A stretch of DNA of 32,252 nucleotides from Candidatus Micrarchaeota archaeon (GTDB lineage Archaea > Micrarchaeota > Micrarchaeia > Anstonellales > Bilamarchaeaceae): the NCBI GenBank assembly GCA_040753215.1, contig JBFMEZ010000028.1, forward strand, positions 1 to 32,252, in the 5' to 3' direction. Below are positions 24,614-32,252 of the stretch, one piece after another (position 1 is the stretch's first letter; every line of letters begins with the position of its first letter). The translations under genes and the position numbers were made by a program. The notes under the pieces were generated by a model that was given only the letters and a program-made list of their open reading frames with translations, did not search any database and had not been told where the DNA came from.

Positions 24614-25756
24614 ATGGCAAACCCATTTAGGCCCGGAGGAATCGTCGAACCTGAATATTTTGTAGGAAGGTCCGAAGAGATCGCAAGATTTGGCAGGTAT
24701 TTCAGGAATACGACCGAAGGCAATCCGCACCATCTGGCAGTTTTGGGTGAAAGAGGCATAGGCAAAACATCTCTTTTGCGATATCTGGAATGGCAGATCA
24801 GAAAACAGAAAGCGTTGGTTGTACGGGTGGAGCTTGATCCGGCCACAGATTCGGTCGATTATCTCGTAAGCCAGATACTGGAGGAATTCAAAAGATCCGG
24901 TACCGCTTATTCTCTGGCGGATAAAGGCGCCAGAGGCCTGCGGGACTTCTTCCAAAAATACAAGGTTTCGGTCTCTTTTGGAGTAGCCAGGGTCGAACCG
25001 AAGGAAAGAGAAGTAGAAACGAAGATAGAATTCCGCTACAGATTGGAAGATATCTGGAAAAACGTAAAGGGAAAAATCCCGGCAATTGTCATAATGATAG
25101 ATGAGGCGGAGCAGCTCGAAAACATACGCGGCTCATTGCAGTATCTGCGCAATGTGTTTTTGAGACTGTCCGAAAGCCATTGCGGGTATATGCTCGTTTT
25201 GTCCGGCAAAACGGGCCTGTTCAAACAGATAAAAGAGCTGCACTCCCCGCTGGCCCGCTTCTTCACCCCCATAACCTTGGAGCCATTAACTGCGGAAGAG
25301 GTCAGGGACGCCGTCCAAAAACCATTTCTGGCTGCAAAAAGAGATCTTGATGGCCGGCTGATTGAAAAAATCATAGGGGATAGCGAAGGCCATCCGTATG
25401 TCGTCCAGACCATCGGGTATGTGCTGTTCGACAATGAAAAGAAAAGATTGTCGCTTTCCGATTACGAATTGTTAAAGCCTGCCATAATGAAGCAACTTGC
25501 GGACCAGTTGTTTGGGGGCATGCTTGAGGAAACCAGCCCGGAAGAACAAAAAATACTAATGGCACTCGCTGAAAGCAGAAATCCACTTGAAGTTAAAGAG
25601 ATCGCAGGGAGAATCGGGAAACGGTCAACCCAAATCGGAACCCAGTTAAACCGGCTTTCAGCGCAAAATTGCGTAAGAAAAATTAAGAGAGGCGAATATG
25701 CGATCTTCCATAAGTTGTTTGGGGAATTTGTACTGGCAGCGGTTAAGAAGGGTTAG
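24614..25756 (+). CDS. AAA+/archaeal ATPase with C-terminal winged helix
   Basis: NPF..G, FVGR, Walker A GERGIGKTS, Walker B IMIDEAE, GHPY and C-terminal HTH (LNRL...RGEY). Confidence 0.88.
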   Translation: MANPFRPGGIVEPEYFVGRSEEIARFGRYFRNTTEGNPHHLAVLGERGIGKTSLLRYLEWQIRKQKALVVRVELDPATDSVDYLVSQILEEFKRSGTAYSLADKGARGLRDFFQKYKVSVSFGVARVEPKEREVETKIEFRYRLEDIWKNVKGKIPAIVIMIDEAEQLENIRGSLQYLRNVFLRLSESHCGYMLVLSGKTGLFKQIKELHSPLARFFTPITLEPLTAEEVRDAVQKPFLAAKRDLDGRLIEKIIGDSEGHPYVVQTIGYVLFDNEKKRLSLSDYELLKPAIMKQLADQLFGGMLEETSPEEQKILMALAESRNPLEVKEIAGRIGKRSTQIGTQLNRLSAQNCVRKIKRGEYAIFHKLFGEFVLAAVKKG

Positions 25757-25832
25757 GGAAGAGCCAAGAATCAGGTTGCCTTTGCTGACCGTGATTTCTC
25801 TCTCAGAGCAGCATTTATATTCTCTGCCCCTC

Positions 25833-26080
25833 AGAACAGCCCTCGGTTAGGAGGGCTTGAACGGCGTTCCGTTCAAGATTCCCGGTGAACTTCGTTCATC
25901 AGGAAGGTCAAAACAAGGTTCTGTTCTTGAATTGTAAATCCTCTCGGATTTCCGTATCGCTTCGCGATAACTGGCAAAGTCCGCATCACTGCAGTGATGA
26001 CTGCCGAAGTTCTGCCGAACTTCAGCATCCTGCGGGACTTCGCCATCCAATAGCGGACAAAGTTTGCGAACTTTGTCCTG
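25833..26080. other. Dense hairpin array (structured ncRNA or ssDNA element)
   Basis: At least 8 short inverted repeats in ~250 bp (see findings). Confidence 0.6.
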
Positions 26081-26097
26081 ACCCGAACCTGTATTAC

Positions 26098-26236
26098 AAT
26101 GCAGGGGACGAATAATGAACCGAGTACTCGGGACTGAAACGGCTCTGTTCCGAGCCTAGGGCTCGGTAGTCTTCCCCTGCATCCTACTCCAGGTTCGAAT
26201 CTCCACCCTTTGGGCATAATTGTGCCCAAAGGGGCA
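26098..26236. repeat. Structured direct repeat, copy 2, immediately upstream of the integrase
   Basis: Offset exactly 6680 bp from copy 1; contains a perfect 11-6-11 dyad CCCTTTGGGCA-TAATTG-TGCCCAAAGGG (26206-26233). Confidence 0.92.
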
Positions 26237-26272
26237 AGAACCCTAAAATAGTCCTCCGACCGGAGTGAAAAC

Positions 26273-27490
26273 ATGGATGGATTCGGTCTGTACAACTATC
26301 CCAGGCGCCTGGAGCTGGCGATAGGAAACCTCAACAAGGACCAGGCAGTTTGCGAAGAGAACCGGAAAGCCATCATAGCCTTTTCCAAGGGAAGGCTTGC
26401 CAAGGGCTCGACGCATGGCCGTGCGGCAAAAATCGTCTATTGCCTGAGATTTCTGGCCAAATGGCTGAAAAAGCCATTCAAGAAGGCCACCAAGGAGGAT
26501 CTAATTGCCCTTGTCGGAGAGCTGGAATCCAACCAGAACTACTCCGAATACACCCGCCTTGACTACAAAATAGTGCTTAAGATGTTCTACAAATGGCTCA
26601 AGGGGAATGACGAGACCTACCCGCCGGAGATCAGCTGGCTGAAACCCAAGCTTAAGAATGAGAAGCACAAGCTGCCCGAAGACCTCCTAAGCGAGGACGA
26701 AGTCCTCAAAATGGTGAACGAGGCCAGCCACCCGAGGGACAGGGCCTTTATCCTGGTTTTGTATGAATCCGGCTGCCGCATAGGGGAACTGCTCACCCTC
26801 AGCATGCAAAACGTCCAGTTCGACCAGTATGGGGCGGTTCTGCGGGTAACCGGAAAGACCGGCGACAGGAGGGTAAGGATTATCAGTTCGGCGCCTGCCC
26901 TTGCTTCATGGATTGACATGTACAACCGCCGCAATGATCCAAAAGCTCCTCTCTGGCCGCCCCGCTCCTCAAAACGGAAATCCAAAAATCCCATAGAATG
27001 CCTCGACCACCGCTCGGTCTATAAGCTATTGCAGACCCTCGCGGAAAAAGCAGGGATAAAGAAGCATATCCACCCGCACCTATTCCGCCATTCAAGAGCT
27101 ACCGCCTTGGCCTCCAAGCTCACCGAAGCCCAGATGAAGGAGCATTTTGGATGGGTTCAAGGCTCTGATATGGCAGCCACCTATGTCCATCTCAGCGGCA
27201 GGGACGTCGATAACGCCCTCCTGAAGCTGCAGGGCCTTGTCCAGGACGACGGCCACGAAGAGGAAAAAATCAAGGTCAAGGGCTGCCAGAGATGCAAGAT
27301 GCATAATTCGCCTATGTCGAAATACTGCACAAGGTGCGGCCTTCCGCTGGATGAGAATCTCGCTATTTCTCTTGAAAAGGATAGGCAGGCAACGGACGGC
27401 ATCATGAACAAGCTCATGCAGGATAACGAATTCAGGGAGATGATGCTGAAGAAGATTTTCGAGATGGGGCTGGAGAAGGCGGTTATATAA
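26273..27490 (+). CDS. Tyrosine recombinase/integrase with C-terminal Zn ribbon
   Basis: Catalytic set intact: ESGCRIGE (R), GKTG (K), HLFRH (HxxR), HFGW and TYVH (Y); CQRC/CTRC zinc ribbon. Confidence 0.95.
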   Translation: MDGFGLYNYPRRLELAIGNLNKDQAVCEENRKAIIAFSKGRLAKGSTHGRAAKIVYCLRFLAKWLKKPFKKATKEDLIALVGELESNQNYSEYTRLDYKIVLKMFYKWLKGNDETYPPEISWLKPKLKNEKHKLPEDLLSEDEVLKMVNEASHPRDRAFILVLYESGCRIGELLTLSMQNVQFDQYGAVLRVTGKTGDRRVRIISSAPALASWIDMYNRRNDPKAPLWPPRSSKRKSKNPIECLDHRSVYKLLQTLAEKAGIKKHIHPHLFRHSRATALASKLTEAQMKEHFGWVQGSDMAATYVHLSGRDVDNALLKLQGLVQDDGHEEEKIKVKGCQRCKMHNSPMSKYCTRCGLPLDENLAISLEKDRQATDGIMNKLMQDNEFREMMLKKIFEMGLEKAVI

Positions 27491-27513
27491 CCAAAGAGTG
27501 ATGCGTGAAAAGC

Positions 27514-29064
27514 CTAACTATCAATGAGCTCTATTATGCCCTTCTGCTGGCGCTCGGAAGTGGTGACGCGGAATTTCGCGTCGTAGATTACAAGATTTGA
27601 ATCACCAACATGTATTTCGCGCTTGAATCTCTCCAGCATGTCCCAGTCCGGGCGGTTTACGACCATGAAGAGCTTGCCTGTCTGCTCCAGCATCCCCTGG
27701 AAATGGGCTATCGGAGGGTCGCTGCGTTCCAAACCGCCGTACAATTCTGTGACAACGGAGGAGTTGCTTAAATCCGAGTATCTCAAGCATGGGCCGCGTC
27801 TCAGCAGGGTTGTTGTGAGCCTGTCCGAGTAGACAATAATGTAGTTGCCATGCTTTTGGTTGTATTCATATAGCAGGCGAACATCATCCGGATTCCATGC
27901 AAAAACCAGCCCGTCGCAAACCCTCTGCCCCGTACCGACCACAGATATGCTTTTCACAAAAGTTTTGCCGGCATTCGAAAATTCATAGAAATCCTTTTTC
28001 AGTTCTACATCCGCTATCTGGAGTATCACAGCTTCGGGCCTTCCGCCCCTGTCCATCAGCGCCCATTCGACATATTGCGGCTTTCCAAGAATCCGCTCAA
28101 GAGATTTAAGCCGCTCAAAGAGCCAATCCACTCCCAAATCACGGAGAGAAGAGAGTGGTACGATGTCGGTTTCTGAACCATTTAATCTGGATATTCCTTT
28201 GCCGTGTATCCACCTCATCAACGCATCGTAATTCTTATAAAAGCTCGCACGGGGATCTGCTTTTCTGAACTCCTCATAACGACGGATGGTGAGAATTGAG
28301 CCAAAAGTGGCCCCACTGCCTTCTTCCACGTTGAAGCCACCGCCCTTAACGGCCTGCGTAGGAAGCCCTCCAACAAGCCGGATAAGCCCTTTTCCCCATG
28401 AAGTAGAGGTGAAGCCGTTCCCGCCGCATTGGGGCGCGACGCAATTGGTTTTATGCTCGCCAAATTCAAACTGGAAGACCTGCCCGAAAACCGGCTCGAT
28501 GATGACTGCCATGCCCACGGGCAAGCCGGCGTCCCTCCTGAAATCCACCGCATCTTCGGAAAACTCGCTGTAAAGAACCCTCTTGATGGCTTTGGCAATT
28601 CTTACTACATCCGCCAAACAGAATGTACTCATGTACGCCCCGGTGCCCCTGCAATCCCCATGCGCAGAGGAGCGGACCGCAAGCGGCGTGCCTTCAAATC
28701 TTTTTGCTATTTTTGCAAAAACGTCCATCTCTTCTTTAGAGAATCTGGCTTCCCGGAAAATATCTCGTAATTCGGATGTGGACGCGCCGCGCTTTATTGC
28801 TTCAGTTATCCCATTCCTTTCCTTGAATGCATCAAAAAAGCCCATCGCAAGGGCCACGCGCGGGTTCATCACGAAGCCGGCCTGCTCTATTGCCCACGCC
28901 TTCTGCATGAGCTGCTCCGCTTTTGCGCCTACGGAGCCGTGCCCGATTACGGTAAAACTCCTGTTGCACGCATCTAACTGAAGCTCCCTATGCCTAAGAA
29001 GTGCTTGTAGGTCGCGCCTTGCAGCGATGGCGGAATCTGGGGCGTGTATAAGTCTGGGATTCAC
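27514..29064 (-). CDS. PEP/pyruvate-binding (PPDK_N, ATP-grasp-like) domain protein
   Basis: IGHGSVGAKA, LAVRSSAHGD..GTGAY, MAVIIEPV, PQYVEWA and ILQI motifs; no recognisable phospho-His domain. Confidence 0.75.
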   Translation of the reverse strand: MNPRLIHAPDSAIAARRDLQALLRHRELQLDACNRSFTVIGHGSVGAKAEQLMQKAWAIEQAGFVMNPRVALAMGFFDAFKERNGITEAIKRGASTSELRDIFREARFSKEEMDVFAKIAKRFEGTPLAVRSSAHGDCRGTGAYMSTFCLADVVRIAKAIKRVLYSEFSEDAVDFRRDAGLPVGMAVIIEPVFGQVFQFEFGEHKTNCVAPQCGGNGFTSTSWGKGLIRLVGGLPTQAVKGGGFNVEEGSGATFGSILTIRRYEEFRKADPRASFYKNYDALMRWIHGKGISRLNGSETDIVPLSSLRDLGVDWLFERLKSLERILGKPQYVEWALMDRGGRPEAVILQIADVELKKDFYEFSNAGKTFVKSISVVGTGQRVCDGLVFAWNPDDVRLLYEYNQKHGNYIIVYSDRLTTTLLRRGPCLRYSDLSNSSVVTELYGGLERSDPPIAHFQGMLEQTGKLFMVVNRPDWDMLERFKREIHVGDSNLVIYDAKFRVTTSERQQKGIIELIDS

Positions 29065-29135
29065 AGAAATAATCTGCTGGCAAGGGTTTATAAGTTATTA
29101 TGGATGGGCAAGGGTGGGCATTCACAAAGTAATCC

Positions 29136-29321
29136 TCACATGTCTCGGGGTTTCCCATTTTTCGTCTTACCGAAGATAACCAAACAAGACGGAAAAGGCG
29201 CCGGGTTGCCGCAATCGTCGAATTTCAGCCTGCCTTTTATGAACCTGATCTCGGTTGCTTTCATGCAATAGTTGTGCCACCATCTCGTATCAGTTCTTGA
29301 AGGGATGAGAAAAGCGCCCAA
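29136..29321 (-). pseudogene. C-terminal fragment of a phage-type DNA N6-adenine methyltransferase (Dam)
   Basis: LIPSRTDTRWWH, EIRFIKGRLKF and APFPSCLVIF motifs; the N-terminal half including NPPY is missing. Confidence 0.8.
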
Positions 29322-29445
29322 ACCGGGACTTCGGCCTCTTCGGATCGAACTTTGGTACAGTATTCGAAGCCTTGATATTCAGGCTTCTCGGGGCCATAGC
29401 AATGTTTGACAAAACACATAAAGATATTATCATTGAAAATCTTTC

Positions 29446-29841
29446 ATGCGGGGCGGGGTGTGGATTTTCAGGCCAGTGAGAAGGCCGATGCCGGAAAGCG
29501 CCAGGGCAACGATAACGAGGTGGGCAGAAGCGCATGTTGCAAAGCTGAAGCACACTGCAATCCCGAAAATGCCGCCGAAAAACCAGAACTATGTAGCAGA
29601 TGTGTTCTACGAATGGATAAGGGACCGGTTTTATCTCTGCGCCAAGTATAGCTGTCCCGGTCCCAATGCGATATCTCCGTATTTTATAGACAAATTCGCA
29701 AGGCTCGAGCATATAGGGGATGACCGCTACCAGCTTTTTGCCATGAGGCACACTGGCCAATGGATGCCGGTAGAGAGGCATGCATCTCTGAAAAAGTGCC
29801 TTGATAGCATGGAAAGCGGTCCATGGTTTCAGGTGGTGTGA
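29446..29841 (+). CDS. Conserved hypothetical protein (DUF3024-like C-terminus)
   Basis: KFARLEH..RYQLFAMRHTGQW..SLKKCL pattern; abuts the HNH gene. Confidence 0.7.
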   Translation: MRGGVWIFRPVRRPMPESARATITRWAEAHVAKLKHTAIPKMPPKNQNYVADVFYEWIRDRFYLCAKYSCPGPNAISPYFIDKFARLEHIGDDRYQLFAMRHTGQWMPVERHASLKKCLDSMESGPWFQVV

Positions 29842-30417
29842 ATGAAAGAGCTCTTTCCCTCTTTTGCTGATCCGAAAGCTTGGAGATGTAACCGCAGGGA
29901 TTACACCACAAAAGAGACATGGAGGCGAATCAGGCAGAAAATACTGGCAAGGGATGATTACGCCTGCCAATACTGCGGCTTCCGTGCAATGCACTGGCAG
30001 ATAGTGCATCATATCGATGGCAATCCAAACAACAACAGCCTGCACAATCTTGAAGTACTGTGCCCTATGTGCAATCTCGTTATGCACGCAGGTCAGGGTT
30101 GCATCATCCAGGAAGTCGTTGACCTATACCGGCAATCCAAATTTGCACAGGGCAGGGTAAACGCAATCACGAGAAAAATGAGGAGCGAAGGGAAAGCTGA
30201 TGCTGCAATCATCGCATTTCTCGGTCTCAGGGCAAATGTTCCATTTCGGATGGATAAAAGGTACTTGAAGAGCCTTTTCGGCTTCGTCAGTTCGAGAAAA
30301 CCAGCGCAGGAGTGGGCGCGTAATGCGCTAGAATACGGATATCATAAGTGCAAATCGGAGATGCGGCAATTAGGGCGGGAGAATCGGAGGTTAAGCGAGT
30401 TCATGTGTATGGAGTGA
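29842..30417 (+). CDS. HNH endonuclease
   Basis: RDDYACQYCG, VHHIDGNPNNN and NLEVLCPMCN..MH motifs. Confidence 0.9.
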   Translation: MKELFPSFADPKAWRCNRRDYTTKETWRRIRQKILARDDYACQYCGFRAMHWQIVHHIDGNPNNNSLHNLEVLCPMCNLVMHAGQGCIIQEVVDLYRQSKFAQGRVNAITRKMRSEGKADAAIIAFLGLRANVPFRMDKRYLKSLFGFVSSRKPAQEWARNALEYGYHKCKSEMRQLGRENRRLSEFMCME

Positions 30418-30421
30418 TTGC

Positions 30422-32062
30422 ATGAAACTTAAGGATATTACGGAGGATGACATTGTCGAGATTGCAGACAGCAGCGCGATAATAGGGCGAGGGCTTGATT
30501 ACTACGAGTCTGGGCAGGTGAAGTCCTTCCGTGTGGAGGGCAACCGGATAATTGCTAAAGTGCTCGGAAGCTATGGTACGTACGACACCGAGGTCTGTAT
30601 CGAAGATGGCGAATTAGACGGCAGCTGCAGTTGCCCTTATGAAGGCTACGGCTGCAAGCATATCGTCGCTGTCCTCTACAAATGGATAAATGAGAAAGAC
30701 AAGACTGCAATCGTCGAAGTTGCCGAAGAAAAGCCTGTTGACATTAAGAAGGAACTCGAAAAGCTCGACAAGGGCAAGCTGGTCGGAATGCTGATGGAAT
30801 TTGCCCGTGAAAACGAGGATACGAAGCGCAATCTCCTCATCCGCCTGAACAAGAGCATGTCCAAGGATGATTTCCCTGGAAAACAGCTCGTGCTGGCTCA
30901 AATGCGGGAGGCATTTCGGACTGGCAGGGGCTTCATAGGCTATCGCGAAATGCCGGGGGTTGTTCAACGCCTTTCGGATATCAAGGAAGCTGTTATGAAA
31001 TACCCGGCTTCTATCCGCGCATTCCTGCTCGAGAGGCTGGCCGCGAATTCGATCTCTGCATACGCAAACAGCGACGATTCGGATGGCGTTCTGTCCACAT
31101 TTATCGGCGAATGCCTCCAAGACCTCGGGAAAGCAATAAGAGAGCAGAAACTTCCGTTTGAAGATAAGAAAAAGCTTATGTTAAAGGCACTTGACGACAT
31201 GAGGGAGGATGAGTATGGTTTCAGCGATGATTATTCTTCCATGCTAGTAGAAATACCAGAGAAGAAAGAGGATTTTGATTTTCTGATAGCTGAGATAAAG
31301 AATCGCATGCCGAGGAAGGAGGGCAGGCATGAAATAGCAGAGCATAGCTGGCTCTTAACCGAACTTTACAAAAGGGGGAAGCGTGATGACGAGTATCTTG
31401 CGGTCCTCACAAAAAACATGAAGGAACATGATGAATACTGGCCGATCGTAGAGTTCTGGAAAGGCAAGAATGAAATAGGTAAAGCTGTCGAACTTGCCGA
31501 AGAGGGCATAAAACACACGGAAAAAGGCGTATGGAATAACTCGAAGCTCTACGACTTCCTTGAGGGATTCTACCATTCGCAGAACAGAAAGGATGACCTG
31601 TTGCGCATCAAACTGCTGCATTTTGCCATTTCGCCATCAGTCACCAAATATAAGGAGATTAAGGCACTTTGTAAAAACTGGAAGGAAGTACGGCCTAAAC
31701 TGATGAAGAAAGCGGATGACCAGACAGCAATAGAGCTCCATCTGCTTGAAGGAGAACTTGAAGATGCTTTCGAAAAAGTCATGCAAAGCGATTGCACGGA
31801 CCGGTTTAAGGACAAGGTCGCAAAGGCCCTAATTGATAGATATCCCGAAAAATCCCTGAAGATCTACTTGTCGCTTGTCAAGGAGTTCAACAATTATGGC
31901 GGCAGGGACAATTACCGGGTTGCGGCGCTTTATGCGAGAAGCGTAAAAGATATCCTTGTGCGGCGTCTTGATAAGCGAAACGCCTGGGACCGTTTCATCG
32001 GCAAACTAAGGGAAGAAAACCGGAGAAGGCCAGCCCTGCTCGAAGAGTTCAGAAAATTGTAG
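30422..32062 (+). CDS. SWIM zinc-finger protein with long helical C-terminus
   Basis: RGLDYY, AKVLGS, CSCP...CKHIVAVL (CxC..CxH); C-terminal RRRPALLEEF. Confidence 0.9.
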   Translation: MKLKDITEDDIVEIADSSAIIGRGLDYYESGQVKSFRVEGNRIIAKVLGSYGTYDTEVCIEDGELDGSCSCPYEGYGCKHIVAVLYKWINEKDKTAIVEVAEEKPVDIKKELEKLDKGKLVGMLMEFARENEDTKRNLLIRLNKSMSKDDFPGKQLVLAQMREAFRTGRGFIGYREMPGVVQRLSDIKEAVMKYPASIRAFLLERLAANSISAYANSDDSDGVLSTFIGECLQDLGKAIREQKLPFEDKKKLMLKALDDMREDEYGFSDDYSSMLVEIPEKKEDFDFLIAEIKNRMPRKEGRHEIAEHSWLLTELYKRGKRDDEYLAVLTKNMKEHDEYWPIVEFWKGKNEIGKAVELAEEGIKHTEKGVWNNSKLYDFLEGFYHSQNRKDDLLRIKLLHFAISPSVTKYKEIKALCKNWKEVRPKLMKKADDQTAIELHLLEGELEDAFEKVMQSDCTDRFKDKVAKALIDRYPEKSLKIYLSLVKEFNNYGGRDNYRVAALYARSVKDILVRRLDKRNAWDRFIGKLREENRRRPALLEEFRKL

Positions 32063-32252
32063 CTGGGGTTCAACAAGAAAGACAGGTCTAGACCGCTATA
32101 TGTATGGTTCTACCATACGTATATAAACTTAACTTCGCCACTTTCGCCTAGCTTACGCTGATTTCTGGCACAAATAGGATTCGCCACTTTGGGATTACCA
32201 GCCTACTTTTGCCTCCAAATCGCCATATTTCTTTACAGAATCCCCTAAAAGC

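Noticed and set aside
25847..26295. ORFs 25847..26050, 25873..26295 and 25885..26115
   Set aside because: No motifs; they run through the palindrome array and the repeat, which better explain the sequence. A small CDS cannot be fully excluded.

Overview
This is archaeal DNA, most likely from a DPANN lineage such as Micrarchaeota. That assignment is an inference from the archaeal-type EF-1alpha-rpsJ pair, archaeal TyrRS, NMD3, DUF2070, TrmB regulators, GGTGA-type SD motifs and compact gene packing. Positions ~200-14500 are mostly housekeeping: tRNA-Thr, Mut7-C, uS10, EF-1alpha, MTAP, TyrRS, a methyltransferase, DUF2070, PIMT, NMD3, a flippase-like protein, a CPA1 antiporter, tRNA-His, a beta-CASP nuclease and TrmB. 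Small accessory inserts interrupt this block: (i) a probable tnpB 3' end/IS200-IS605 right end at the window start; (ii) a Fic gene bracketed by two identically spaced inverted-repeat sites; (iii) an ~850-bp integrase-less island between tRNA-His and a 26-bp copy of its 3' end, carrying only a DUF3800 gene and a candidate structured RNA; (iv) an IS605-like palindromic element upstream of trmB. From ~14700 onward the window is largely accessory. It holds orphan genes (one beta-barrel-like), SOD and flavodoxin, then a 6.7-kb block bounded by two 139-bp structured direct repeats. That block contains a radical SAM protein, a carbamoyltransferase fused to a kinase-like domain, RHH and TrmB regulators, an AAA+ ATPase and a dense hairpin array. 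An intact tyrosine integrase follows directly, then a PPDK_N-only protein, a Dam fragment and a hypothetical-HNH-SWIM operon. All family assignments come from motif recognition by eye; no searches or folding programs were run.
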